Shown here piece by piece: positions 36,354 through 48,577 of a DNA stretch of 64,000 bases. Every line of letters starts with the position of its first letter. Position 1 is the first letter of the stretch. The DNA comes from Microthyrium microscopicum (lineage: Eukaryota). The translations under genes and the position numbers were made by a program. The notes beneath the pieces were generated by a model, which saw only the letters and a program-made list of their open reading frames with translations, did not search any database and was not told the origin of the DNA. Location: the NCBI GenBank assembly GCA_010405405.1, contig MU004239.1, forward strand, positions 1,504,722-1,568,721, read 5' to 3'.

Positions 36354-37775
36354 GTTCGTCTCAGTTAAAGATAAATGTCAAAAGGAGCAGGACAGAATAT
36401 GGCAGTACAGAAAGAAGCCTATGAGCTACCATATACTCGAGAATCCACACCCTTTATACATTTCTCTCCCCAATTGCGGACCTCACGTACCCCATACCCC
36501 GCAAACGTATCCATTGCGGCGGTTCTGTGCAATTGATCGAATCAAAGACCCTGTTGTAAGCTTACTTCCACTCTCGCGAGCTCCACCTACCAGAAGGCCC
36601 AGCCTGATTACCCGTATTGACGACGGACCGCGGATTCGTACATCAGAGAAATGCTTGATCACGCAAGCCTTCGCTAAAGCTTCCAAAGCATTTCAGCACA
36701 GTCAGCTTCTCAGAGTTTGTTGCAGAGTTCCTGGTTTCCGGGAGGGCATCATCAATCGATGGTGATTGGCACATGATTGCAAGCGTACCATTGTGTATGG
36801 TCGATCAGCAAGATCCGTTGGGCCGATTTGGAAATGCGGGGGAGATGCGGACTACACGTGGTTGGTTTTCGAGTATCTAGCGTGGTGAGTAGAGGCTTGG
36901 AATTGGTTCGTGATGAAAGTCTAGAGGCTTAAAGGGCAGAGGCGACGGCAAGAGTGGAATGTAGTGCGGATTGTTTCCGTTGTCATGCTACTCTATTGTA
37001 CTGTAGGTTGGGTGTCGTGTGAGACGGGTTCTTCCGCTTGGAGTCTGTCAGTCTGACACTTATGAAGGTAAGATATGGCGAACTTTGCTTCATACTATCC
37101 GCCGGATAAAAAAGATGCTAAAAATAGGAGGATAGGTTTATAAAATATCTGGTGCTGGGTTGGTACTAGATAGCAACTGTATGAAGACACAAGGCTTGAG
37201 GTGCAGGCCAGGCCGATTTAAGTAGAAAACAAGAAGGATTAGTGATCGCCTATAACTAAGGCATCTGTACCCCGGATTTCATGAACCAATTGGCAATGGG
37301 TCATAACAGAGCTTCTGATGCTTCGCTATGCCTTGATAGAATTGCATACGAGGAAAAGTCCGAAGAGATGCCCGAGTTATCTTGAAGACGCCACAAGACT
37401 CCAAGTATCATAAGGTCTAGGATTTTTATTTTGTTAAATCTGTATGAAAGTCCGAATCAGTTCATGGATCGTGAGATAATCACTGATTGCAGAGTTGAAA
37501 GTGTGTTGTGGAAGTGTACCGGTATCGTAATTACTCTAGGAAGTTTGTTGGAGTCTTGACGCGTCTCCAAAGGTTTGACAAACCAACAACTGCAACTCTC
37601 ACACAGCAAGAGTTCATGCACCTCTTGCTCTCCCCCACGATTGCCCCGCCATTTAAATTGCTCCTTTCTAGACTCTGTGCATATCATAGCTCGATTGGCA
37701 AGAGCAATCCTGATCCTGGGGAGTTTGTGCGTGAGCTCCTGCCTCTTCCGACTGTCGCTTCCTCAACACCAACAA

Positions 37776-39937
37776 ATGCTCCTACTTCTTCGTCCGAGGT
37801 TGAGCAACACCATTGCTTCTCTCTCAATACCTAAACAACAACCTCCTCTTTCCTGGGTCCGCTACTTTTCCAATACTCCTCGAGCTAGATCAGACGAAAT
37901 GACTACCGTAAATACCACCGATCGCCTTCGGCGGCTGCGCGAGCTCATGAAAGAGCGCAACCTCGACATATATGGTACTTAAGCTTGTCCAGCTTCATAT
38001 TTTCTACTCCTACGCAAAGCTAACCTTGATCTCTCCAACTAGTCATCCCATCTGAAGATGCCCACCAGTCCGAATACATCGCTGCCTGTGATGCTCGAAG
38101 AGGTTCGACACCTTGCGCCCCGCCTTACCCATACACTCCAACCTATCCGTGAACATGACGTTAACGGTGATGTTAGCCTATATCTCCGGCTTCACTGGAT
38201 CAGCCGGGACTGCCGTAGTTACCACAGACAAAGCCGCCCTGGCTACAGATGGTCGCTATTTCAACCAGGCCGCGAAACAATTAGATACAAACTGGGAGTT
38301 GCTCAAGCAAGGAATGCAAGATGTCCCGTGGTGGCAAGACTGGTAAATTAACACGATCACACAACGGGAGATGCATGGGCTAATTGGAATCAAGGGCAGC
38401 GGATCAGTCAGAAGGCGGCAAATCAGTTAGTGTTGATCCCACTGTGATAACAGCTAGCGAAGCACGCAAACTATCTGAAAAGATCAAGAAGAAGGGCGGA
38501 GCTGCTCTTAACCCAGTCAGCGAAAATCTCATCGATCTAGTATGGGGAAGTGAGAAGCCCGGCCGACCAAATGAGAAGATCAAAGTTCATGATATAAAAT
38601 ATGCAGGCAAAAAGTTCGAAGAGAAGTTGCAAGATCTTCGCAAAGAGCTGGAGAAGAAAAAGTCTCGAGGAATGGTGGTTTCGATGCTGGACGAAATTGC
38701 ATGGCTATTCAACCTTCGCGGAAACGATATCGACTACAACCCAGTGTTCTTTTCCTATGCACTGGTCACTCCGACAGAAGCGACTTTGTACATTGACGAC
38801 ACGAAACTCACAGATGAAGTCAAGAGTCATCTCGGTGATGCAGTCAAAATCAAACCTTACAATGCTATATTTGAAGAGCTCGCTGCTCTGAAAACAAGTC
38901 TTCAGTCGGTCACATCTACCGGACCAGAAACAAAATACCTCATTGCGACTAAGGCGTCGTGGGCCTTGAGTGAAGGACTTGGTGGTGAAAAGAATGTGGA
39001 GGAAGCAAGAAGTCCAATTGGTGACCACAAAGCTCTCAAAAACCCAACTGAGCTCGAAGGCATGCGAGCATGCCATATTCGTGATGGTGCTGCGCTGACG
39101 GAATTCTTTGCCTGGCTCGAAGATCAACTCATCAACCAAGGCAAATCTATCGACGAATGCACAGCTGCTGACAAGCTCGAGGCAATCCGCAGCAAGCACG
39201 ACAAATTTGTTGGCCTCAGTTTTGACACCATCAGCAGTACTGGCGCCAATGCTGCTGTAATACATTACAAACCCGAGCCCGGTTCCTGCGCGACTATCGA
39301 TCCATCTGCTATCTACTTGTGTGATGCCGGTGCCCAGTTTCAAGATGGCACTACAGATACGACACGAACACTACATTTTGGTGAGCCAACTGATGCCGAG
39401 CGCAACGCGTACACACTAGTCCTTAAGGGCCACATCAATCTCGATCGCGCCGTTTTCCCCAAAGGCGTCAGTGGTTTCGCACTCGACAGCTTGGCTCGTC
39501 AATTTCTATGGGCGGCAGGTCTCGACTACCGACACGGCACAGGTCATGGAGTTGGAAGCTTCCTAAATGTACACGAAGGACCCATCGGTATCGGCACTAG
39601 ACGTCAATACACTGAAGTGCCACTCGCACCTGGCAACGTCATCTCAAACGAGCCAGGCTACTACGAGGATGGTTCCTTTGGCATTCGTATCGAGAACGTG
39701 TTCATGGTGCGCGAGGTGGAGACAGCACATCGCTTTGGTGACAAGCCCTTCTTGGGCTTTGAACATGTCACAATGGTGCCCATGTGTCGCAAGTTGATAG
39801 ACATGAAGCTGTTGACGCAAGAAGAGCGCGATTGGCTCAACGCCTACCATAGTGAGGTGTGGGAAAAGACAAAGAGCTTCTTTGAGAAGGGCAGTGTGTC
39901 ATACAAGTGGTTAGAGCGCGAAACAAGAGAGTACTAA
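37776..39937 (+). CDS. Xaa-Pro aminopeptidase P (M24B, XPNPEP1/Fra1-like); second in-frame ATG at 37899
   Basis: [64 protein letters not shown]. Introns at about 37975-38042, 38103-38177, 38343-38393. Confidence 0.95.
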
Positions 39938-40086
39938 GCAAACTCCGTTTCGTTTACATAGCACACTATTACCTAGCAGAACACTTATGGTTCCTGTCTT
40001 GCCTGTCTATAAAGCGAATATACACCTTTTGACACCTTCCCACTAACATTTGATGCTATCATATCATGCAGGCAATGAAGTTGCAA

Positions 40087-43000
40087 TCATACATCCTTCT
40101 TACCCAAAGCCCATAGTCCACCGCTCAGACCTAGCGTGACCAGGAAATGATATCCCAGCGACCACGCCATGCTATACAAGTACTTGGGACTAAACACCGT
40201 CCAGATAAACAAATGCGTACGCAGCACTGTACATGCTACCATGACCGCTAGTAAACTCGCTGACGTGAAAAACGTCGCCATGCTCAAATGCGCTATATAT
40301 CTGCCCTTCAGCTCTCCACCAGCTGGCTCCTCCTGTGATTTCTCGTCTTTGCCAGCAAGATGCGCATGCTCGCTCGCAATCCAGCTACGGCCACCAGCGC
40401 TCGGTTGTTCCGGCTGCTCCGCAAGCATAGCCACGCCCGCGACAGACCACCAGAGCGGTCCAGCCCAATTACTGATGAACACGAGTAAGCCAACGGCAAT
40501 GACGTTATATCCAGCCACACCGTTGTACCCGTTGGCGAGATCGACGGAGCTGATGGCATTGCTATTTCCCATTGCGAAGAATGCTGTATGTGCGAAAAAT
40601 GTACTTGTCGCGCTCAGTTGTGCTGGCGTTAGCTTCAAGTTCTGTAGACATGACTGTTGGATACTGAAGAGGAGGAAGAGGGGGATGTTATGTGCGCGAC
40701 TCTGTGTCATTACTAGGAGTGTGAGGAGGCTTTGCGCCGTAGATAGCACTGCATAGGCGGATATATGTGGTGCGCGGATTGCTTGCGCTATGAGGATGGT
40801 GGCGTGCGCGCCGAGGAAGGTGAATATTGTGCGGGCGAGGGCGAGAAGGGGGAGAGATTGGAGGGTGGTGATGGATGTGTTGGAGAGAAAGGGGAATAGT
40901 TCGGGGGCGTCGGAGGCGGTGAAGCTGAGTTTGAAGGTGAGAGAGCAGATGGTTAGGAGGATGGCGGATATGGTGCTTATGAAGTAGCCGTAGTGGAGAT
41001 GTTTGCCTAGTGAGTAGCTGATTTGGTGGGCAGCGACGAGGTAGGTTATGGTGACGAGGGTCCATAATGCTGCGGGATACTGGAAGAGGATGCTGGTGAC
41101 GATGTCGGGGTAGCCGGCGAACTTTTGACCTGTTTGGTTCCATCGCTGGATGATTCGGTGGAGAATGAGCAGGGTGATGATGCTTGCTTGGGACTTCAGA
41201 CTGTATATTTGTCCCATGTTGATCTTCTTTTGTGAACTAGGGCTTTGTTAGTGATGTATACTGCTTGGAAACAGCTGCAGAATTCGTACCTTCTGAATCG
41301 CAGGAAAGCAATCCAGCCACCAGAAATCCAGTACCAATAGTGCTGCTCCTCCTCGACATAACTGCTCGCAAACATCATCACCCCAAAGAGTATCGTTATC
41401 AATGTGAAGATGAACATGTCGACATTGGTGAGCAAGAGACTGTAGAAGATGGCGATCGAGGACAATATAGTCGCGATGGCTGCCAGAGCACTGCCCAAAG
41501 CAAGTCGCGACAAGTCATAATTGCTTGCGGTGCTACTCATAAGATCTTGTGCATCTTTACAAAACTATAAGATTACTTAGCAAAGGGTTATGTAATAGAT
41601 CTAGGCTGTGCTTACCCGGTAAAGTCCCGACAAGACAATAGATATAGGCATATCTGAGCTTGCATACGTATCAAGTCTGTGTTGAATGGTACTCCACTGG
41701 CATGCCAGGGCTTGCGAGTCTGAAGAAGGGTCATCGCATAAATCAGGTGTACTTGAGCCACTAAAGTCTATGGCTGGAAATGTGGCCTTGACGATGGAGA
41801 GTATCTGTTGTGAGTTGCGTAGAAGTAAGTTTAGTTGATCCTTTGCTACATGCTGTCAGCTATTAGAAAAACCACAAGAGACTGTCGGCTTACGATTCTG
41901 CCATAAAGGTAGAAACTCAGGGATCATTACCCCAAGATTATTTTTGGGAATGGGAAAGCCGAGAAGCGCAGATATTGTCGGAACTAGATCTGATTGTTCA
42001 ATCCTCTGGTAAAAGGTGAAGCCTCCAGTCTGTTCAACCGGACTTTCCCGACGACCAGGGAGCCGCTTGAGCTTTGGCGCAAGGAAAACAAGCGCTGGAG
42101 AAGTTTCCCCAGGCGCTGAGCCTCCATGATTGCCGCCATCGTTCATACCATGATCTCCACCGAAGATGAATAGTGTGGAGTTAAGGTGCGGCTGCGTCTC
42201 AATAGCCTGGTAGATGCTTGTGACAATGCCGTCCATCTCTACCTGCTTAGGGATCATATTGGGACTAAACGAGTAGCGAGTCAGCAATGTCTCTCAGCCT
42301 AGCTGGATCGAAGGTGTTGGGGGAAATAGACGAGGCTGAGTTGTAGGATTGGACCAATGGCGTACCTTGTTGGTCCAGCCTTATGGCCAATATGGTCCAA
42401 ACCGAGATAATGCATAATCATGGCATCCCAATCGCTTCTTTGAAGTTCACCCGGAACATGTCTTGTAACATTGTTATCGACTTCTGTAAAATCCTAGATT
42501 TGACACTGAGTTTGGTCGTGATACAAAATCTTAAAGGGCATAACTAACCGACACAAAGAAACTCGAAGTTCCATCTGATCTGGCAAACATATCCGGAAAT
42601 AGCTTGAGCCAAGTGTCGTCGCCATACATGACCAGGCGACCATCATTTTCCCGATCTCTGCCAGCCCGGATCTGGGCAAGCCAGGTATCCTGGGCGGCGA
42701 GGGTAGAGCTGGTGTCTGACTCGGCAAAATTCAGAATGACATCCAGAAAGGAAGGGATAGAGCCAGTGGTGATAGCCTTGACCCTTGGCATGGTAATCGT
42801 AGGTGGGGTTGCATGGGCGGTAAATGGGATAGCTTCACCGGATCGAATCAATCTGTATAGAAACGCCAAGAAGCGCTGATCAGCCAATATTTCGATTGCA
42901 AGCGATGAAACTGCAAGCACGTTGCATTATCACAATGAATGATATGTTCGGAAGGTTTTAAAAGTCAAGTTGTAAGAGAGCATGAGTACAACATTGCAAT

Positions 43001-43327
43001 TTTACTGCCTGGCCACAAGATGACTGGGGTATCGGGTGGATGCAGACCAAATGTCGCGAACTTCCTAATTGGGAAACGCCTGGAAGAAACTTACGATTGA
43101 GTGTATGTAAATCCAGAATTATTCGAGAATACAAAGTCACTGCGCAAAGCATCAATCACCATGAAGATAAGGCGGTCGAAATGCCTCTCAGGAGGAGGTC
43201 CATAATTTGAAAGCTGATCATGGGAGGCGAGACCAGGAATAAATGGTTTGTACGGGAAAAAGCCCGTTGCAAAAACCAGGACGGCAACGGGTATCAAAAG
43301 ATTGGCCAAGGCCAGCAGGAGCTTCAT
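40087..43327 (-). CDS. GPI7: GPI ethanolamine phosphate transferase 2 (PIG-G)
   Basis: FMVIDALRSDF, PPTITMPRVKAITTGS, GDDTWLKLFP, HYLGLDHIGH, GDHGMNDGGNHGGS, SSYVEEEQ, GNSNAISSVDL, RTHLFIWTVFSPKYLY across several exons. Confidence 0.95.
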
Positions 43328-44696
43328 GACTACATCAGAGCTGGAGTTTAACCCAGTCGAGCTTTTGTAGGATCAATTCGGCGTAGACACTGATGAGTTG
43401 ATGACGGGAACCGCAATGAAGACTGAAATGTAGCCAAGGACTTGAAAACCAGGACGGGGCGGAGGGCGATTTCAAGACATGCAGTCGTCGTGGAGTCAAT
43501 CAAGAGCCCAAGGTGACAGCCGGTATGTAGATGATGAGATTCCGGAGGCACAGGAGGCGCGTAGAAGCTGGAAAAAACGATGTGATGCAGACAAGAGCAA
43601 ATGGAGTTGTCAAATTGTCAAGGAGCTCGATTTAAGCTCATGCCTAAAAGCGCTAGCGCTGGCTAGCGTCGACCACTAGCGCGTTTTGCACGTTCCTGTC
43701 GCGTTTAGCAAACCACGTTTCAAGTTCATCTTCATCCAACTTCAACAACCAGCCCGAAAATCGACCACAACTTGGATGATGAGAAAGGGAATTATAACCT
43801 TGTGTCGAATCGGTCGGTCCTCGCCGCTCAAGCTTCTTATCTTCCAGGCGTGATTGCGCTACCTCCTGCCTACCTATCTACACATCTAATCCGGCTCAAT
43901 GATTTTCACAAGGATCCCCTCGATGATGGCAAGAATAGCATGCGAGTTCCCGCTTTTTAATATCGCGGCGTGTATTTGAGCATGGTTTACCCAACCGTCA
44001 CTCCTTGAGTCATGGCTGTGCCATGTGCTGGTCCCAATGTAGCTGGTGACGGCGCATCCTTCCGCAATGCTGTTGCCGGAATGAGCACAGTCTACAGCCA
44101 GTGAACCATAGTAATCCTTTACATTATCTCTTATAGGATCATCTTGTCTTATCATCGCCTTGCGGCTAGGCAGTGGCTGACGGGGCATGTGCCAATGTGC
44201 CTGGGAAACGTTACCTTGCTAGATCCCGCTCCCGCGCAGTCTTCCTATTGCGTCTAGCCTCGAGGCCAATCTTTGAGCCTTCTTTTTGGCCTGATACATT
44301 TACGGTAGGTCCCTCTCCAGTCCGTTGGCTTTTGGCTAGCCGGTCTTCATGGAAGGTCGCGTGTATTGCTACTGTCTTCTCGCAGATCTTTAGGAAATAC
44401 CAAGCATGCAAGGCACCACACGCTATCTCCTCCCGCAACGGGATGTGCTCGTGCCATTTCCAAGTCTCAGCCAGTATCACCATGGGTTCCTGTAGATGTC
44501 TAGCCGCAATAGTTCGCCAATGTCAATCTGTATAATAATGGCTTAAGGCCGTCCATAATGAGGGTGATAACTTCGCTCACAACTCGACGTTTCCTCGCAG
44601 CGTGACATTCATTTCTATTGTCAGCTCAACATCCTTCTACTTTGTAACTATACCTTGGCTCGAACATAACACTCTGGCTTGGTCAATTCTGCAACC

Positions 44697-46544
44697 ATGC
44701 ATTTTACTTTTACGGTGCTGTTGGCTCTTGGCCTCAAGGGCGTTGTTGGCACAGGTTTCAAGCATACTACAATCAGACACCATGACTTGATGGCATCGTT
44801 CGGTATGAATCCTGACGGTTCACCTATCAACCCACATGCAGCTGCAGGTACATTCGGTATGATCCATAAACGACAGAACAATGCAACGACGTCGAAATCC
44901 ATTGTTGCAGAATATGTTCAACTACCACTAGATCACTTTGGTGGTGATACCGGAACATTCAAGAATCGCTTTTGGGTCAATGAAGCCGATTACCAACCAG
45001 GCGGTCCGGTCTTTATCTATGATGCTGGAGAAGGAAATGCTGAGCCAGGAGCAATTTCCCGACTTTCAGATCCATCATCATTTTTCAAACAAATGGTTCA
45101 GAAATTCCACGGTATTGGAATCGTATGGGAGCATCGATATTATGGAACTTCTACTCCTGTGGCTATCAACAAAAACACCCCAACTACATCAATGAAGTAC
45201 TTGACAATCGAGAACGCTCTGGCTGATATTCCAAGCTTTGCTTGGAATTTCACTCGTGCCAGCCATCCAAAGCAAGATTTTACGCCGAAAAGCACTCCTT
45301 GGATCTTCGTTGGAGGTTCATATCCAGGAATTCGCGCCGCATTCGTGCGAAATCTATATCCAGAAACCATCTTTGCATCATATGCCGCCTCAGCCCCAGT
45401 TCAAGCTTCCGTTGACATGTCATTCTACTTTGAGCCTGTCTGGCAAGGCATGAACGCCGGAGGGTATGGCAACTGCACCAAGGATGTTCATGCCGCCGTT
45501 CTCGAAATGGACAATATTATGGCAGATGCCGACAAAGCAAAAGCTCTCAAGCTCCGATTCCTAGGTGCCGGTGCTGATACCAACAGCAACGCTGGCTTTG
45601 CCGATGCTCTTTCCGTTCTATTTTACCAGTGGCAATCTTACGGTGTTGATGGTGGCACTGGTGCCGTTCGCGATTTCTGCGATTGGATCTCAACTGACCG
45701 CCAGTCTGGAACAACTGCACCAGCAGAGGGCTGGGCTGCTTCCAAAGGAGTCGACTTCGTCCTCAAGCAGTGGGTCACCTGGCCAAACTGGGCGACTGCT
45801 GTCAACATGAACTTAGGTAGCAATTGCAAGGGTCCTGCGGAGGGAAGCAAAGCCAATCGTACTCTTATGGCTCATTCACCTCTCAAGATGGAAGTTGATG
45901 GATGCGACCTTGAAACCGCCAGTTCCGACCCTGACGCCATCTCCTGGACATATCAATACTGCACGCAATGGGGCTTCTTCCAATACTCGAATATCGGCGA
46001 TCATCAGTTGGTCAGCAAGTACAATGACCAACAGCACCAAATTGACTACTGCAACCGCCAATTCCCCGACGGCAAATCCAGTGGGCTTCTGCCAGCAATC
46101 CCCAAAGCTGACGAGACCAATAAGCACTTTGGTGGCTGGACCATCCGTCCATCACAAGTATTCTGGAGCGGTGGTCAATTCGACCCATGGCGCACACTTA
46201 GCCCCTTGAGCGACCAAGACTTTGCTCCCAAGGCCACTTTTACACAAGATATTCCAACGTGTGCCGCTCCACCAACTGCCTCACCACCATCATATGGCGA
46301 CCATGATGACGATGATGAGAATGACGACGAGGATGACGATGCTGAGGAGCGAGCACAGAGATCTATTGTCAAGCGTGGCACGGATGCACTCTTCTCTTTC
46401 CTCGTGCCTGATGCCGAGCACTGCTTTGATTTCCGCACAAGCGTGAAGCAAGGAGCGCCCGCGCGCCAGCTTTTCAACGATGCCTTGACTGGCTGGTTGA
46501 AGTGCTTCAAGTCTGGCCTCAATTCCCCTCCAACTCACTATTGA
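44697..46544 (+). CDS. Secreted serine peptidase family S28 (prolylcarboxypeptidase-like)
   Basis: Signal peptide MHFTFTVLLALG; PLDHF, DAGE, EHRYYG, GGSYPG nucleophile, ASAPV, WTYQYCTQWG, DPW, HCFDF. Confidence 0.93.
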   Translation: MHFTFTVLLALGLKGVVGTGFKHTTIRHHDLMASFGMNPDGSPINPHAAAGTFGMIHKRQNNATTSKSIVAEYVQLPLDHFGGDTGTFKNRFWVNEADYQPGGPVFIYDAGEGNAEPGAISRLSDPSSFFKQMVQKFHGIGIVWEHRYYGTSTPVAINKNTPTTSMKYLTIENALADIPSFAWNFTRASHPKQDFTPKSTPWIFVGGSYPGIRAAFVRNLYPETIFASYAASAPVQASVDMSFYFEPVWQGMNAGGYGNCTKDVHAAVLEMDNIMADADKAKALKLRFLGAGADTNSNAGFADALSVLFYQWQSYGVDGGTGAVRDFCDWISTDRQSGTTAPAEGWAASKGVDFVLKQWVTWPNWATAVNMNLGSNCKGPAEGSKANRTLMAHSPLKMEVDGCDLETASSDPDAISWTYQYCTQWGFFQYSNIGDHQLVSKYNDQQHQIDYCNRQFPDGKSSGLLPAIPKADETNKHFGGWTIRPSQVFWSGGQFDPWRTLSPLSDQDFAPKATFTQDIPTCAAPPTASPPSYGDHDDDDENDDEDDDAEERAQRSIVKRGTDALFSFLVPDAEHCFDFRTSVKQGAPARQLFNDALTGWLKCFKSGLNSPPTHY

Positions 46545-47028
46545 GCTGAGCAGCATTCTGCTCGTACAGAGTGTGCTCTAGAGTAGAATGCAATGGTTCG
46601 CAGCATAGCATTGGGCGGCGTTTATGTTTGGCATTCTTTGAGCCTTGATTTTACTACTTTCTGTTTCATGATTTCACAATATAGCATAATTAATGAACAT
46701 CATTCATAGCAGCCTCAAGTACAACTTAGATGACCATATCTCTTTACTTTGTTTTGTCATAGAACATAGTGACCAACCCTCGATTGCAGTTATTTTCCTT
46801 TATATCCGCCCCAATACAGAAATCCTTTTTGCTAGCGTTTTGAGTTCTATTTCGAGAAGCTGATTCTAGCTCTTGCACAGCCACCCGCGGAATAGCTTGG
46901 ATGCCTACATGACTTTCAGATTGGTACCGCCCCCAAATTTCCATCCTACAAGACGTGGTTGGGAAATCTTCATAAATAATTGTCCATATCTAGTACCTAC
47001 TTACTCAAGTTATTGACATTCGACAATC

Positions 47029-48279
47029 ATGACTGAACTAAAAGAAGTACCTGCCCCATCCGACCAGAGCGAGCATGGACGGCCAGTCAGTTCTCACTCA
47101 GGCGAACCATCAAAAGACTGGAACCCACGCAATTTCGAAACTCTTTTCACTTTGGGACAAGGAAATTATGGTAAGGTATACCTGGTCGAAGCCTTGCAGA
47201 CAAAACAGCTTTACGCAATGAAAGTCAGGAGCAAGGCAGTTGTGCAAGACTGTCAAGAGCTAGACTCAGCCGGAGCAGAGAAAGAAGTATTGCTTCTAGC
47301 CAAAAGAGACAAACACCCGTTCGTGGTTGAAGTATATGGCGGGTTCCAGACACAGTCACATATCATGCTATACATGGAATTTTGCCCAGGTGGAAGTCTC
47401 ATGTATTATCTCCAAAGACAGGGTAAATTCGATACCCAAACGACCAGGTGATAGCTCTGACCTTTCATCTCTTGGAAATTCACTAAATGATGCAGGTTTT
47501 ACGCTGGCGAGGTGTGTCTTGCCCTCAAATGGTTTCATGAACAGAATGTGCTATATCGAAATCTGTGCTTGGACGATATATTGCTTGCTACAGATGGACA
47601 TATCAAACTAGTAGATTTTGTTGTCTCGAAAGTCAACTTAGACCACGAGGCTGGAACGAAGACGTTCTGTGGTTCAGCAGAGTTCATGGCTCCCGAAGTA
47701 AATCCAGATCATAAGCTCTCCATGAGCAATCAAGAAGATCATTGCTAATTTACGTTCAAAGGTGCTCCTCGATCGTTACTACAATTCTTCAGTCGATTGG
47801 TGGCAGCTAGGGATCATCACTTACCAAATGCTTGTAGGAAAGTCTCCATTTACCGGAGAGAATCTTGATAGGATCTACGATGCATACTAGCAGATGAGCC
47901 GAAATTTCCGTTCCATATGACTGAAGATGAGATCGATTTTGTTCAGAAGTTACTACGGAGAGTGTCAGAGGGACGTCTAGGCTCTGCAAAGAATGGAGCA
48001 GAGCAAGTCATGGCTCACTCTCTCTTCAATGGTATGGACTGGAAAGCTTTGTACGACAAGAAGCTTCCTGCTCCGATTATACCTGTGGTCGGAAGTCGTA
48101 CGGATTTCCAACATCTTGACGATGGGTTCACAGGCCTTAAACCACCGGCCATACTCGATAATTCAGAGAGTATGTACTCACAAGAACCTCTCTTTAGTCT
48201 ACACTGTTGCTAACTGCACCCAGACATTGAGACGAGGACACATCAAATATTCTGGGATTTTGACTTTTCTGCGGAGTAA
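47029..48279 (+). pseudogene. Degenerate kinase-domain-only paralogue of fungal protein kinase C; pseudokinase motifs and a 1-bp frameshift
   Basis: Exons 47029-47447, 47496-47697, 47762-48169, 48224-48279. FYAGEVCLALKWFHE, TFCGSAEFMAPE, VDWW, IYDA/LADEP, RLGS match Pkc1. Catalytic loop YRNLCLDD and DFV are aberrant. In-frame TAG at 47888-47890. Confidence 0.8.
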
Positions 48280-48577
48280 GGAAGGAAATAGAAATGGATC
48301 TGATGTAGCCCTGTGAAAATTAATCGCTGTCTTGCGAAATGTAGTCAAAACATTGATGTGAAAAAATGGCCCATGCTCGACATATTCCAACGATCTGATC
48401 AGACTTGTTACCATAGAATCTGATTCATAGAAATAGCTCCTCGTTGTAAGATTGGTTATCTCAAGGACGAAATCCATAGGACTGCCAACTTGCTGTAAGG
48501 GAGATCTTGCCGCGTCCCACCGTGATCTCTTGAGCTCGTCTGCATGCGCCCCTTTGCTGATCGAAACCGCAGCTAGA

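Noticed and set aside
42855..43093. Relatively long GPI7 intron as a possible snoRNA host
   Set aside because: No convincing C/D or H/ACA box arrangement seen by eye; an Infernal/Rfam scan would be needed.
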